From an uncultured Nitrospiraceae bacterium (GTDB lineage Bacteria > Nitrospirota > Thermodesulfovibrionia > Thermodesulfovibrionales > SM23-35), in the NCBI GenBank assembly GCA_963727775.1, contig CAVSHB010000001.1:1056001-1120000 (forward strand): a stretch of 64,000 bases of DNA, read 5' to 3'. Positions 18,042-26,843 of the stretch are shown here, one piece after another (the stretch's first letter is position 1; each line of letters begins with the position of its first letter). Under the pieces are notes generated by a model. It was not told where the DNA came from and searched no databases. It was given only the letters and a program-made list of their open reading frames with translations. A program made the translations under genes and the position numbers.

Positions 18042-20434
18042 AGAAGACTTCCAAAGCTGCGATCGATAATGAACGCCTACTTGCAGAGAATGAGGAATTG
18101 AAAATGCGCCTCACTGATCTGAAGCGAGCAGAGGAGCGTATGAGACATCTTGCCTCTTTTCCACAGATGAATCCGGATCCCTTGGTGGAGGTAAATTCTT
18201 CCTGTAAAGTCACTTTCTACAATCCGGGAGCACAAAAAGCTCTTAAAAGCCTGGGGATGGACAAAGAAGATTTCAGCATTTTCCTGCCCTCTGATATTGA
18301 CGTCATCTTAAAGGATTTAGGGAAAAAAGAAGAATCGGTTTTCTATCGTGAGATAATCATAAAAGACAGGGTTTTTGGCCAAAACATTTATCTCACTCCT
18401 CAGTATGATGCCGCGCGTATCTATGCTCATGACATCACCGAATATAAGAGGGTCGCGTCGTTGATCCAAACTCGCCTGCGCATGTCCGAGCTGGCACAAC
18501 GGACCGGCATGGAGGAACTGATGCAAGCTGCCCTGGACGAAGCGGAACTCCATACCGGCAGTCAGATTGGTTTCTTCCATTTCGTTGACGAGGACCACGA
18601 GCATCTCACCTTGCAAGCTTGGTCCACCAATACTCTTAAGAACATGTGCAAGGCCGAGGGCAAAGGTTTGCACTATCCGATCAGCCAGGCAGGTGTCTGG
18701 GTGGATTGTTTCCACGCACGCATTCCAGTCATCCACAACGACTACGCCAGCGTGCCCCACAGAAAGGGATTACCCGAGGGGCATGCGCCGGTTGTGCGTG
18801 AACTTGTTGTGCCGATCCTGCGCAACGGCTCCGTGGTCGCCATCATTGGCGTGGGCAACAAGCCGATAGATTACACAGAGCAGGACGTGGATACGCTGCT
18901 CACGCTCGCAACCCCGATTATGGATCTTGTTGCGCGCCAACAGGCCGAGAAAGCGTTGCGACAGGAGAAACTATTTACGGATACGGTTATCGAGACCATA
19001 CCGGGTCTGTTCTTCGTCATTAACCGCGACCGTCGTTTTGTGCAATGGAACCGCGCTTGCGAGGAGCTGTTGGGTTTGTCAGGCGAAGAGTTCAAGGCAC
19101 TCGATGCGCTTGCGCCGCTTTTGGAACCCGACCGCGAAATGGCGGCGCGCAAGTTGCGCGAAGGGTTTGAGACCGGTGAGACAGAACTGGAAGCGCGCGT
19201 CGCCGGCAAGGACGGGGTGCGGGAGTTTCAGTTTGCCGCCAAGCGGATGACACTGGGCGACGAAATGTTCCTCATCGGCAATGGCGTTGATATCACTGAG
19301 CGAAAGCGGGCCGAGGAGGCATTGCGGACCAGCGAGGTAAGGTATAGGACACTGTTTGAAACAATGCTGCAAGGCGTGGTCTATCATGACGCCGATGGAA
19401 TGATCGTCTCGATGAATCCCGCTGCTGAACGAATCTTTGGAAAGGGGCCTGAAGAATTCCTCGGAGAGAGTCCGGTGTCCATCGAGCACCACACAATTCG
19501 GGAAGATGGCTCGCCTTTCCCTGGCGTGGAGCATCCATCTTCTGTGGCACTGCAGAGCGGACGCGAAATGCGGAACGTGGTGATGGGAGTATTTAACCCA
19601 AAAGAAGAAGACTATCGTTGGATCAACGTTACTGCAGTGCCTCTGTTCCGAAAGGGTGAAAGCAAACCCTACCATGTCTACACGCTCTTTGACGACATCA
19701 CCGAGCGCAAACGTGCCGACGAAGAGCTGCGCAAGCTTACGGAAGAACTGAGACGCTCTAACGCTGATCTCCAGCAGTTTGCCTATGTTGCATCCCATGA
19801 TCTTCAGGAACCTCTGCGTATGGTCGCCAGCTATATTCAGCTCCTTGAGAAAAAATACAAGGGGAAACTGGATGAGCAGGCAGACAAGTTTATTAACTAT
19901 GCAGTTGATGGTGCTTTTCGCATGCGGACGCTCATTGAGGGGTTATTAGCGTATTCCCGTGTTAGCCGTCAGCGAGGCGAATTTGGATTAGTCAATACCA
20001 ATGATGTTTTTGCAACAGCTGTTGCAAACCTCACGGCTTCAATCCAAGAAAGCAAAGCAATGATCACAAAAGATGAATTGCCCACGGTCTTAGGCGATCA
20101 GACCCAGCTTATACAACTTCTGCAGAACCTTATAGGCAATGCCATAAAATTTAGAAGGCCTAACGCTCCTCCCTTAGTCCATATCTCGGCAAAGAGAGCG
20201 GGAGTGGAGTGGGTATTCTCCGTTTCAGACAACGGTATCGGGATAGAACCGCAATACTACGAAGGTATATTCCTGATCTTTCAGCGCCTGCATACGCGTG
20301 AGAAATACCCGGGCACGGGGATAGGGCTTGCTTTATGTAAACAAATTGTGGAGCGCCATCATGGGCGCATTTGGGTTGAGTCAGTCCCTGGCGAGGGTAC
20401 GACATTCTTTTTTACTATTCCTATTGGAGGATAA
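18038..20434 (+). CDS. PAS-GAF-PAS-PAS histidine kinase with Cph1-like kinase core
   Basis: FAYVASHDLQEPLR H-box, FQRLH...YPGTGIGLA; ATG overlaps the nrtS stop (ATGA). Confidence 0.9.
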   Translation: MKKTSKAAIDNERLLAENEELKMRLTDLKRAEERMRHLASFPQMNPDPLVEVNSSCKVTFYNPGAQKALKSLGMDKEDFSIFLPSDIDVILKDLGKKEESVFYREIIIKDRVFGQNIYLTPQYDAARIYAHDITEYKRVASLIQTRLRMSELAQRTGMEELMQAALDEAELHTGSQIGFFHFVDEDHEHLTLQAWSTNTLKNMCKAEGKGLHYPISQAGVWVDCFHARIPVIHNDYASVPHRKGLPEGHAPVVRELVVPILRNGSVVAIIGVGNKPIDYTEQDVDTLLTLATPIMDLVARQQAEKALRQEKLFTDTVIETIPGLFFVINRDRRFVQWNRACEELLGLSGEEFKALDALAPLLEPDREMAARKLREGFETGETELEARVAGKDGVREFQFAAKRMTLGDEMFLIGNGVDITERKRAEEALRTSEVRYRTLFETMLQGVVYHDADGMIVSMNPAAERIFGKGPEEFLGESPVSIEHHTIREDGSPFPGVEHPSSVALQSGREMRNVVMGVFNPKEEDYRWINVTAVPLFRKGESKPYHVYTLFDDITERKRADEELRKLTEELRRSNADLQQFAYVASHDLQEPLRMVASYIQLLEKKYKGKLDEQADKFINYAVDGAFRMRTLIEGLLAYSRVSRQRGEFGLVNTNDVFATAVANLTASIQESKAMITKDELPTVLGDQTQLIQLLQNLIGNAIKFRRPNAPPLVHISAKRAGVEWVFSVSDNGIGIEPQYYEGIFLIFQRLHTREKYPGTGIGLALCKQIVERHHGRIWVESVPGEGTTFFFTIPIGG

Positions 20435-20435
20435 A

Positions 20436-20900
20436 ATGGAAAATGCGATTGGCAAGATCATAGAGATTTTGTTGGTAGAGGACAATCCAGGCGATGTCGA
20501 CCTGATAAAAATTGGCTTGGAGGACGCCAAAGTGCTAAATAAGCTGCACGTTGTCACCGATGGCCTAGAGGCGATGAAATTTCTTAGAGGGGAGGACATC
20601 TATGCAAATGCTCCATGCCCCGACCTTATCCTTCTGGATTTGAATCTTCCCAGAAAGAGTGGCAAGGAGGTGCTCCAAGAGATCAAGGTAGATCCAAAGC
20701 TGCAGGCCATCCCGGTTGTCATCCTCACGAGCTCGGAAGCAGATGAAGATATTTGTAGAGCCTATGAACTTCACGCAAACTGCTACATTAGCAAGCCAGT
20801 CGATTTTGAGCAATTTGTCAAAGTGGTGCAATCATTAGAGCATTTTTGGTTTACTGTGGTTAAACTGCCCGGCAGAAATTTACCGCCGCACAGATCATGA
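20436..20900 (+). CDS. Single-domain response regulator (Rcp1-like)
   Basis: LLVEDNPGD, LILLDLNLP, ANCYISKP, FWF; GGAGG RBS. Confidence 0.92.
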   Translation: MENAIGKIIEILLVEDNPGDVDLIKIGLEDAKVLNKLHVVTDGLEAMKFLRGEDIYANAPCPDLILLDLNLPRKSGKEVLQEIKVDPKLQAIPVVILTSSEADEDICRAYELHANCYISKPVDFEQFVKVVQSLEHFWFTVVKLPGRNLPPHRS

Positions 20901-21182
20901 GACTGCCACTATCTCAAAAAACCTGTCCCACCCCGAAATAGTCGAAGCATTCACTGCAGACGGGTTTGCTCTCATGAGCATGGGTTTCTTTAGTTGTGTT
21001 GTATACAATGGGATTAGTGATGATAAGAACTTGCGCAATACCACTGATTTAGGTTTTTGTAAAGACTTTTGTACGTAACCTTAATCGTTCCTATTCCCAT
21101 CGACCGTTTATTTCCAGAGGAAACCTTACGCCTGTAGCAAAAAAGAGACACTGAGGATTTCAGGAAGTAGCCCATGAGGGTG

Positions 21183-21671
21183 TTATGTTTCTTGTTCCTG
21201 GCGTAAATACAATTTGCCAACGCGACTACCTATAAAACCAGCTACGCCTATACCGACGAGGTATCCAATTCCGAAAATTACGCCGATAAGAGCGGTGGCT
21301 ATGCATATCCCTGATAAAGCAAAGGCTTTCCACCCCGAACGTTTTTTATAGCCAATCTGCAGTTTTATTGTCGTCCCAATTTTGGTATTTATATCCATTG
21401 TGTTGCTTTTTATCCAGTCAATCTTAATTAGAACGCTATGTGGCCCTGGAGCAAGAGGAATTAGTGATGTTGTGCCGTTCTTTATTGAGCCTACCTTTTC
21501 TCCATCAACCAATATTGAATAGGAGCGCAGGCCTCTACTCAGATGAGATTCTCTATAAATTTCTAAGTTACCAGTTGGCAGTGTAGGCAGTTCATGAACG
21601 AGCGCAATGTGGCAATCGCTGCAAATAGTAAAGCCAGATCTATATTCGGCTTTACAGGCTGAACAAAACAT
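21183..21671 (-). CDS. Hypothetical membrane protein with N-terminal Zn-ribbon
   Basis: FCSAC..EYRSGF..CSDC; C-terminal TM segments; GGAGG RBS. Confidence 0.7.
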   Translation of the reverse strand: MFCSACKAEYRSGFTICSDCHIALVHELPTLPTGNLEIYRESHLSRGLRSYSILVDGEKVGSIKNGTTSLIPLAPGPHSVLIKIDWIKSNTMDINTKIGTTIKLQIGYKKRSGWKAFALSGICIATALIGVIFGIGYLVGIGVAGFIGSRVGKLYLRQEQET

Positions 21672-21954
21672 TCAAAATATCCTCCTCCAATAAGGCTGTT
21701 GGCGAAATCGATTACCAATTGTAACTTACGCTATTCTATCAAATCCCGGCGATGAGGACTACAGTCAACTATCATCAGTTTGCCTTTCTTAATGGAATAA
21801 AAAGATTCCTGATGTTTGTGATTGAGAATAATTGCTCCATCACCATTAGCACATTTTTTGACATTGAAGAGGCAAACCCGGGAAACGAGCTTCGTAGAAT
21901 CGCATAGAATCGATTTTCTCGGATCGACCCATATCCCAGATACCCTATTGTGAA

Positions 21955-23169
21955 TCATGAATTCGCCTTTACGCTGAAAGTAGTTTTCTGTGAAAGCATG
22001 GCACATATTACCCTGATGAGTTTATGAGCAGTAGCTATGACGGCCTTTTTGTAGATCAACCCGTCTTTGATTCTTTTCTCAAAGTAGCGATGAAAATATG
22101 CTTCAAACTGGATGACCTTGACGGTCATAAGCCAGATGATCCTTCTGAGATGTCTGTTACCTCGTTTTGATATCTTGCTTAGGCCTACATATTGTCCTGA
22201 TTGGTATACGGAAGGGTCCAGCCCCGCCATGGCAATGACTTGTCTATGACCTGGGAAAAGCCCGGGATCACCTCCAAGCTCAACCAAGAAATTCATGGCG
22301 GACTTCTCACCGATTCCCCGTATAGAGGTGAGAATATCGACATTGTCCTTCATCTGTGCCTGGCATTGCTCTATCAGCATGTCAGTCAGCTCCTGCAGAT
22401 GATCTTCCAATTGTATCAGGATAGATGCCTTTTGCTTGATAATCATCTCTTTGGCGGGACTGGCTGTCCCGATGGAGGTTGCCGCAGCTTTGATAATGGC
22501 GCCAACGGACTCCTCAGTCTGTTTTCCATAAGATCCTGGTATCAGGATCTTTGCTATCTTTGCTCGTTTAGCTTTGCGAATAGACTCCGCAGATGGATAA
22601 TGACACAGCAGGCGGAGCATGGATTTTGTGAAGATGCCCGTAATATGTTCCAGTTCAGGAAATGTAATTGTAAGAACTCTTTTAGTGTCGCTCTTGATTG
22701 CCGTCATCTGGTCGACTAAGCTTTCCCTCTGCCGTGATAGGTCTCTCATGTCCGCATTATCAGGAGTCAGAACATTTTGGGAGAGCGAATCTTTTTTCAT
22801 GCGGAGAAATTGCGCGATGACCATCGCATCTTTTTTGTCTGTCTTGGTCTTCCTCAGTTGAAGTTTCATGAAGTTGCATATGAGCAGGGGATTGATAATG
22901 ATTACGGTAAATCCTTGGGACGTAAGGAACGAGAAGAGGTTGATATGGTAGCATGCCGTAGATTCCATGCCGATAAGGATGGAATCCTTAGGTCCCTCTA
23001 TAGATGAGACTTTCATGAGCAGTTCATCGAACCCGCCCCTGCTCATGGAAGCAGATACGCGGAAAAGTTTTTCTCCATTACTTCCTATACAGCATGCATC
23101 AAACTTTTCCTTCGAGATATCGATACCAAGAAAGATTGTGAACTCTGCCTTTTCATGTGTTTCGGACAT
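21955..23169 (-). CDS. IS110 DEDD recombinase/transposase
   Basis: GIDISK, MEST, KTDKKDA, IRGIG, YQSG, SKRGN; GGAGG RBS before ATG 23169. Confidence 0.95.
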   Translation of the reverse strand: MSETHEKAEFTIFLGIDISKEKFDACCIGSNGEKLFRVSASMSRGGFDELLMKVSSIEGPKDSILIGMESTACYHINLFSFLTSQGFTVIIINPLLICNFMKLQLRKTKTDKKDAMVIAQFLRMKKDSLSQNVLTPDNADMRDLSRQRESLVDQMTAIKSDTKRVLTITFPELEHITGIFTKSMLRLLCHYPSAESIRKAKRAKIAKILIPGSYGKQTEESVGAIIKAAATSIGTASPAKEMIIKQKASILIQLEDHLQELTDMLIEQCQAQMKDNVDILTSIRGIGEKSAMNFLVELGGDPGLFPGHRQVIAMAGLDPSVYQSGQYVGLSKISKRGNRHLRRIIWLMTVKVIQFEAYFHRYFEKRIKDGLIYKKAVIATAHKLIRVICAMLSQKTTFSVKANS

Positions 23170-23194
23170 ACGAAAACCTCCTGCGTTCCGGTAA

Positions 23195-23385
23195 AAACAG
23201 GAAATGCCTCCCCACCAATCCTCCATCGTGACTAGGATTCTTTGACCCGATCAACCTATTATGGTTTTGGGAGGCAGGGGACATACTGAAGTAAGGGTTC
23301 TGTGACCCAGGAAGAAAGAAGCCCTCCTGCCTTTCCAGACTGATTATATTATCTGAGTATGAAATACTCATACTGGGTTATAACA
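23195..23385 (-). ncRNA. Putative IS110 bridge RNA
   Basis: Two stem/internal-loop units, each capped by GGGTCA(C/A)AGAA(C/T)CC; 9-nt loop segment identical to the element flank; ends approximate. Confidence 0.7.
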
Positions 23386-23548
23386 TAAACTCATGGTAGG
23401 AGGAAGAAAATGACTCTCCGTATTTCTATTAGAAGGTCTCATTACCGCAGCCTGGAAGGTAGGATTAGAACACCGTATACTGTACACTCACAGTCTTTCC
23501 AATTACGGATCTATCTTCCGCATCTCTCCCCGTCTGCCGGTCCACCGA

Positions 23549-24247
23549 TTAAGAGGACTTCAATTTGCTATTTTTCAGGTGTCCTCTTAACTTTAATCCT
23601 GCTTCAATGTATTTATGCCGAGCTATGAAATCAGGCACCTCTATGAAGTTCTTTGTCGCACCGCTTGCCTCTTTCATCTCTTCGCCGCTCGGAGCAATGA
23701 CCATAGCGGATATCACCTTTGTAGCATCAAGACCTTCAGCGAGCTTTTTTACCAATTTTCTATCCGAAATTCCTAATTCATCCATAACAGCAGCGATTCC
23801 ACCACTTTTGCCCACTACACGATCAACGATTTCCGTTGCTTTTGAACTGACAGTTGTTTCGGCATAACCGGCTAACCGACAGGCTTCCGCTTTGCTCTTC
23901 CCTTCTATTAAGGCTTCTTTTATTTTCTGCTCGCGGATTACCTGCACTGCGTTTGTTTTAGAAGGTTTTACGGGAGGTTTTCTTTTTTTCTTAGCTTCTG
24001 ACTTAGCAGGTAAAGAGCCATCTGTTTTAATCTGCTTGCTTTGTGACCGAAGCAAAATGAAGAAAGCTTTGGAAATATCCTTTTTGCAACTACTGCAGGT
24101 TATTATCGGATTGAAGACTTGCCATAGTCCTTCCTGTTTGTAGGTTATTTGGATTTTGTTATTGCACTTAGGACAGATAAAGGATTGTGTGGCGATAGGT
24201 GTTACTTGCTTCTCTTCAGCAGTCTCGTTTTTCGTGCCTATGCTCAC
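23549..24247 (-). CDS. Zn-ribbon fused to terminase-small-subunit-like domain
   Basis: CPKC/CSSC; EACRLAGYA HTH and KLAEGLDATK...EVPDF..RHKY region resembling phage TerS. Confidence 0.55.
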   Translation of the reverse strand: MSIGTKNETAEEKQVTPIATQSFICPKCNNKIQITYKQEGLWQVFNPIITCSSCKKDISKAFFILLRSQSKQIKTDGSLPAKSEAKKKRKPPVKPSKTNAVQVIREQKIKEALIEGKSKAEACRLAGYAETTVSSKATEIVDRVVGKSGGIAAVMDELGISDRKLVKKLAEGLDATKVISAMVIAPSGEEMKEASGATKNFIEVPDFIARHKYIEAGLKLRGHLKNSKLKSS

Positions 24248-24459
24248 TGGTGAACACTCCTTTTGTCGTCAAATTTTAAGCAATTTAGGTTCATAGCTCT
24301 GCACCTCACAAATATATCATATTCTATTAGATTTTGGTCGATTTTGCTCGATTTCAGCAGTAATTCGAAAACACAATTAGCAGTTATTTTACAAAGTGGT
24401 AACCTTTGTACGAATCGCTGCCTGCGTAGCATTAAGAGGACTTCGTTTTCTTTACTCAC
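24244..24459 (-). CDS. Small hypothetical protein, translationally coupled
   Basis: GTGA 4-nt overlaps with both neighbouring genes. Confidence 0.45.
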   Translation of the reverse strand: MSKENEVLLMLRRQRFVQRLPLCKITANCVFELLLKSSKIDQNLIEYDIFVRCRAMNLNCLKFDDKRSVHQ

Positions 24460-25040
24460 TTCGCTTCCTCCAACAACCTTTTCTGTTCTTTAAGCCTTCT
24501 CACTACTTCTTCCGCTGGCATATCATCAAGGCCAAGTCTTTTACGCCTCGCTTCATAGGTTTCCAGGGGTACATTTATGGTGACCTGCTCCTTAAGCATG
24601 CCGAGTCGTTGCATCTTTATTCGAATGGCTTGCAGTTTATCAAAAAACTTCAGCGTCCTGTGGGTCCCGATCTGGGTTTCGAGGATTCCCATCTCCTTCA
24701 CACAGGCGACCTGCTCGACTGTAAGCTCGTGGATATTCTTCAATTCCCCATTCTCATGCACGAAATCCTTGAGATTAAACCGTATTATCGTGTCAAGGTG
24801 AGCCTCCACTTCATGAGCCTCCATAAGTGCTTTATGAGTCAAGTTCTTGAGGGAATTACGAGAATTAGCAATCGCAGTTTGAATTTGAGGTTTTTTGAGG
24901 TTTTCATACCCAATATGATAAGCCGTATTCTTCGAGTAACCCGCACGAATCGCTGCTTGTGTAGCATTGAAATCTTTCAGGTACTCGGCGACAAAGAGCT
25001 GTTCTTTCGGGGTAAGCTGACCGTTCTTTCTTATTGGCAT
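24456..25040 (-). CDS. terS: Phage terminase small subunit (Terminase_2 type)
   Basis: LTPKEQLFVAEYLKDFNATQAAIRAGYSKNTAYHIGYENLKKPQI; AGGAGG RBS. Confidence 0.92.
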   Translation of the reverse strand: MPIRKNGQLTPKEQLFVAEYLKDFNATQAAIRAGYSKNTAYHIGYENLKKPQIQTAIANSRNSLKNLTHKALMEAHEVEAHLDTIIRFNLKDFVHENGELKNIHELTVEQVACVKEMGILETQIGTHRTLKFFDKLQAIRIKMQRLGMLKEQVTINVPLETYEARRKRLGLDDMPAEEVVRRLKEQKRLLEEAK

Positions 25041-25150
25041 AGTTCCTCCTGACGATCATCCAGGGAGCACAAATACTATCCACCCCCCAAAGGTTTGGTT
25101 TTGCTTTCGTTATGCTACAAGATGTAAAATAGCTTATATCAAGGGGAAAA

Positions 25151-25177
25151 GCGGGTTCAATTCCCGCGCTCATCACC
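25151..25177 (+). other. Isolated tRNA 3'-end fragment (candidate att site)
   Basis: GCGGG-TTCAATT-CCCGC T-arm followed by GCTCATCACC, with no 5' tRNA half. Confidence 0.55.
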
Positions 25178-25351
25178 CTAACTTTTGTGATTGCTTTATT
25201 GGCTGAATTACATCTGGTGACAGTTGACGGCTTCTTAAACGACCCTGCTTGCAAATTGCTCGCAAAATGCGAGCAGAACAGACACCTCATGCTACCACGT
25301 GATACCATGTGACACTTGATAAGTATTTGAATTATAATAAAACTGTTAATT

Positions 25352-25437
25352 GCGAGAGTGGCGGAACTGGCAGACGCGCTGGACTTAGGATCCAGTGGGG
25401 CAACCTGTGGGGGTTCAAATCCCCCCCCCTCGCACCA
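25352..25437 (+). tRNA. tRNA-Leu (TAG)
   Basis: Anticodon arm CTGGA-CTTAGGA-TCCAG, long variable arm, GGGGG-TTCAAAT-CCCCC, encoded CCA; upstream GTGACA-N18-TATAAT. Confidence 0.93.
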
Positions 25438-25477
25438 TTCCTATTATTAAAATATTTTTTTGAATGCTGCGAGTCTG

Positions 25478-26827
25478 CTATTCCCTTTCAATCTTAAGCC
25501 TCTCCCACATCCATGATATATCATAAAAAGGTCTGCCTTCCCTCTTGTTATGTTCCTCTGAGTTTTCAATGGACTTCAACAGTTCAATAACCTTCTTTTT
25601 GCCTTCTTTTGTCTTTACCGCTTGCATAGGGGTTTTGCCATCGAGGGCAGGGATTTTTTTTCTTAACCATTTTTCGGAATGTTTTTGCATGAACCGGGTA
25701 TAGAATTTCTGTTGGATTTCCATCGGCAATTCATTCGCGGGTTCCTCAGCGGGACTCACTTTGTATGCCTTCACAGCCTCCATCGGGTCTTGGAAAGTGT
25801 CCACCTTATGGACAATGGCATCAGATAAAGCCTTAAGTATGAGCTTCTTGCCCTTTTCAAGCCTTTTCTTGGAATTGCTCTGCAGTATCAGTTTGTTGTC
25901 TTTTATTTCGGCCGTGCCGAGAATTGTGGCACTCCCCTCCTTATTGCGCTTGTCGTACCACGTGAAAGATTGGGTACCCCGTTCAAAACCTTTGATTTTT
26001 GGCAAGCCGTTCATGACAGCCTCTTTGTCTGTGATTTCAAAAACTGCTTTTGAAATCAACATAGGCTCCCCGCTCGTTGTGTGCAATTTTATTGGGGTAG
26101 GGTTCTGGATTAAATCATACCAATAGAAATTAAAGTTCTCACTGTTATATTTCAGGAAATCATCCATTGAAGCATCAGGATATTCCATCTTGGAATCCTC
26201 AAACTCGGCGTGGATGTCATCGAGTATCCGTTCTTTTTGTTTTAGATGATAGGGATAGACAGAACCGCTCATTATATACTGTCCGTCGACAAGCAACAGC
26301 CTTGTCGCGAAGATATCCCATTTCCTCACGCTTCGTGTAGCAGACTTTTCTCTCACGTCATATTCTCCGCCCATCAGAAGGTCTTTCAACAATAGTCCTT
26401 TGTCAGGGAATACCTCTTGAACCTCATAAAGGCTTATCACGGAGTTTTTCATCATGGTTAATACCTTATGTTCATCCAATGACAACATCCTGTTATTCTC
26501 CATATATAGGTCTATAAGGCTTTTGTCATTATCCTCATCAATAAGATAATCAAAGACAACCCATTCCATGAAGTTTTGGTATGCAATATTAAGGGCCTGA
26601 CCTTCAAGATGTTTTTTTGGAATAAAGTCATCCCAGAACATGAAATGGGCATGCTCCAACGCGTGCTTATAATTCTTATCAAAGAATCCCATCAGTTTTT
26701 GGACAAGCCTTCCTCTGATGGAATCTTCTTTGCCGACATCAATATAGGTTTTATTCAGGCAACACTTTTTGTATTTCTTCCCGCTCCCACAGGGGCAAGG
26801 GTCATTTCTACCGATTATATTCACCAC
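25478..26827 (-). CDS. SEC-C motif protein with C-terminal Xre/MbcA/ParS-like segment
   Basis: GRNDPCPCGSGKKYKKCC; WLRKKIPALDGKTP. Confidence 0.8.
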   Translation of the reverse strand: MVNIIGRNDPCPCGSGKKYKKCCLNKTYIDVGKEDSIRGRLVQKLMGFFDKNYKHALEHAHFMFWDDFIPKKHLEGQALNIAYQNFMEWVVFDYLIDEDNDKSLIDLYMENNRMLSLDEHKVLTMMKNSVISLYEVQEVFPDKGLLLKDLLMGGEYDVREKSATRSVRKWDIFATRLLLVDGQYIMSGSVYPYHLKQKERILDDIHAEFEDSKMEYPDASMDDFLKYNSENFNFYWYDLIQNPTPIKLHTTSGEPMLISKAVFEITDKEAVMNGLPKIKGFERGTQSFTWYDKRNKEGSATILGTAEIKDNKLILQSNSKKRLEKGKKLILKALSDAIVHKVDTFQDPMEAVKAYKVSPAEEPANELPMEIQQKFYTRFMQKHSEKWLRKKIPALDGKTPMQAVKTKEGKKKVIELLKSIENSEEHNKREGRPFYDISWMWERLKIERE

Positions 26828-26843
26828 TGACCGTCTCCTTTTT

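Larger units (their letters stand above)
21938..23402 (-). mobile_element. IS110-group insertion sequence bounded by CT core dinucleotides
   Basis: About 230 bp non-coding left end and very short right end; boundaries inferred from the guide/flank match and in-frame restoration of the empty site. Confidence 0.75.

Noticed and set aside
21940..21954. Strong circle-junction promoter for IS110 (TTCACA as -35)
   Set aside because: No convincing -10 at 16-18 nt in the reconstructed junction.
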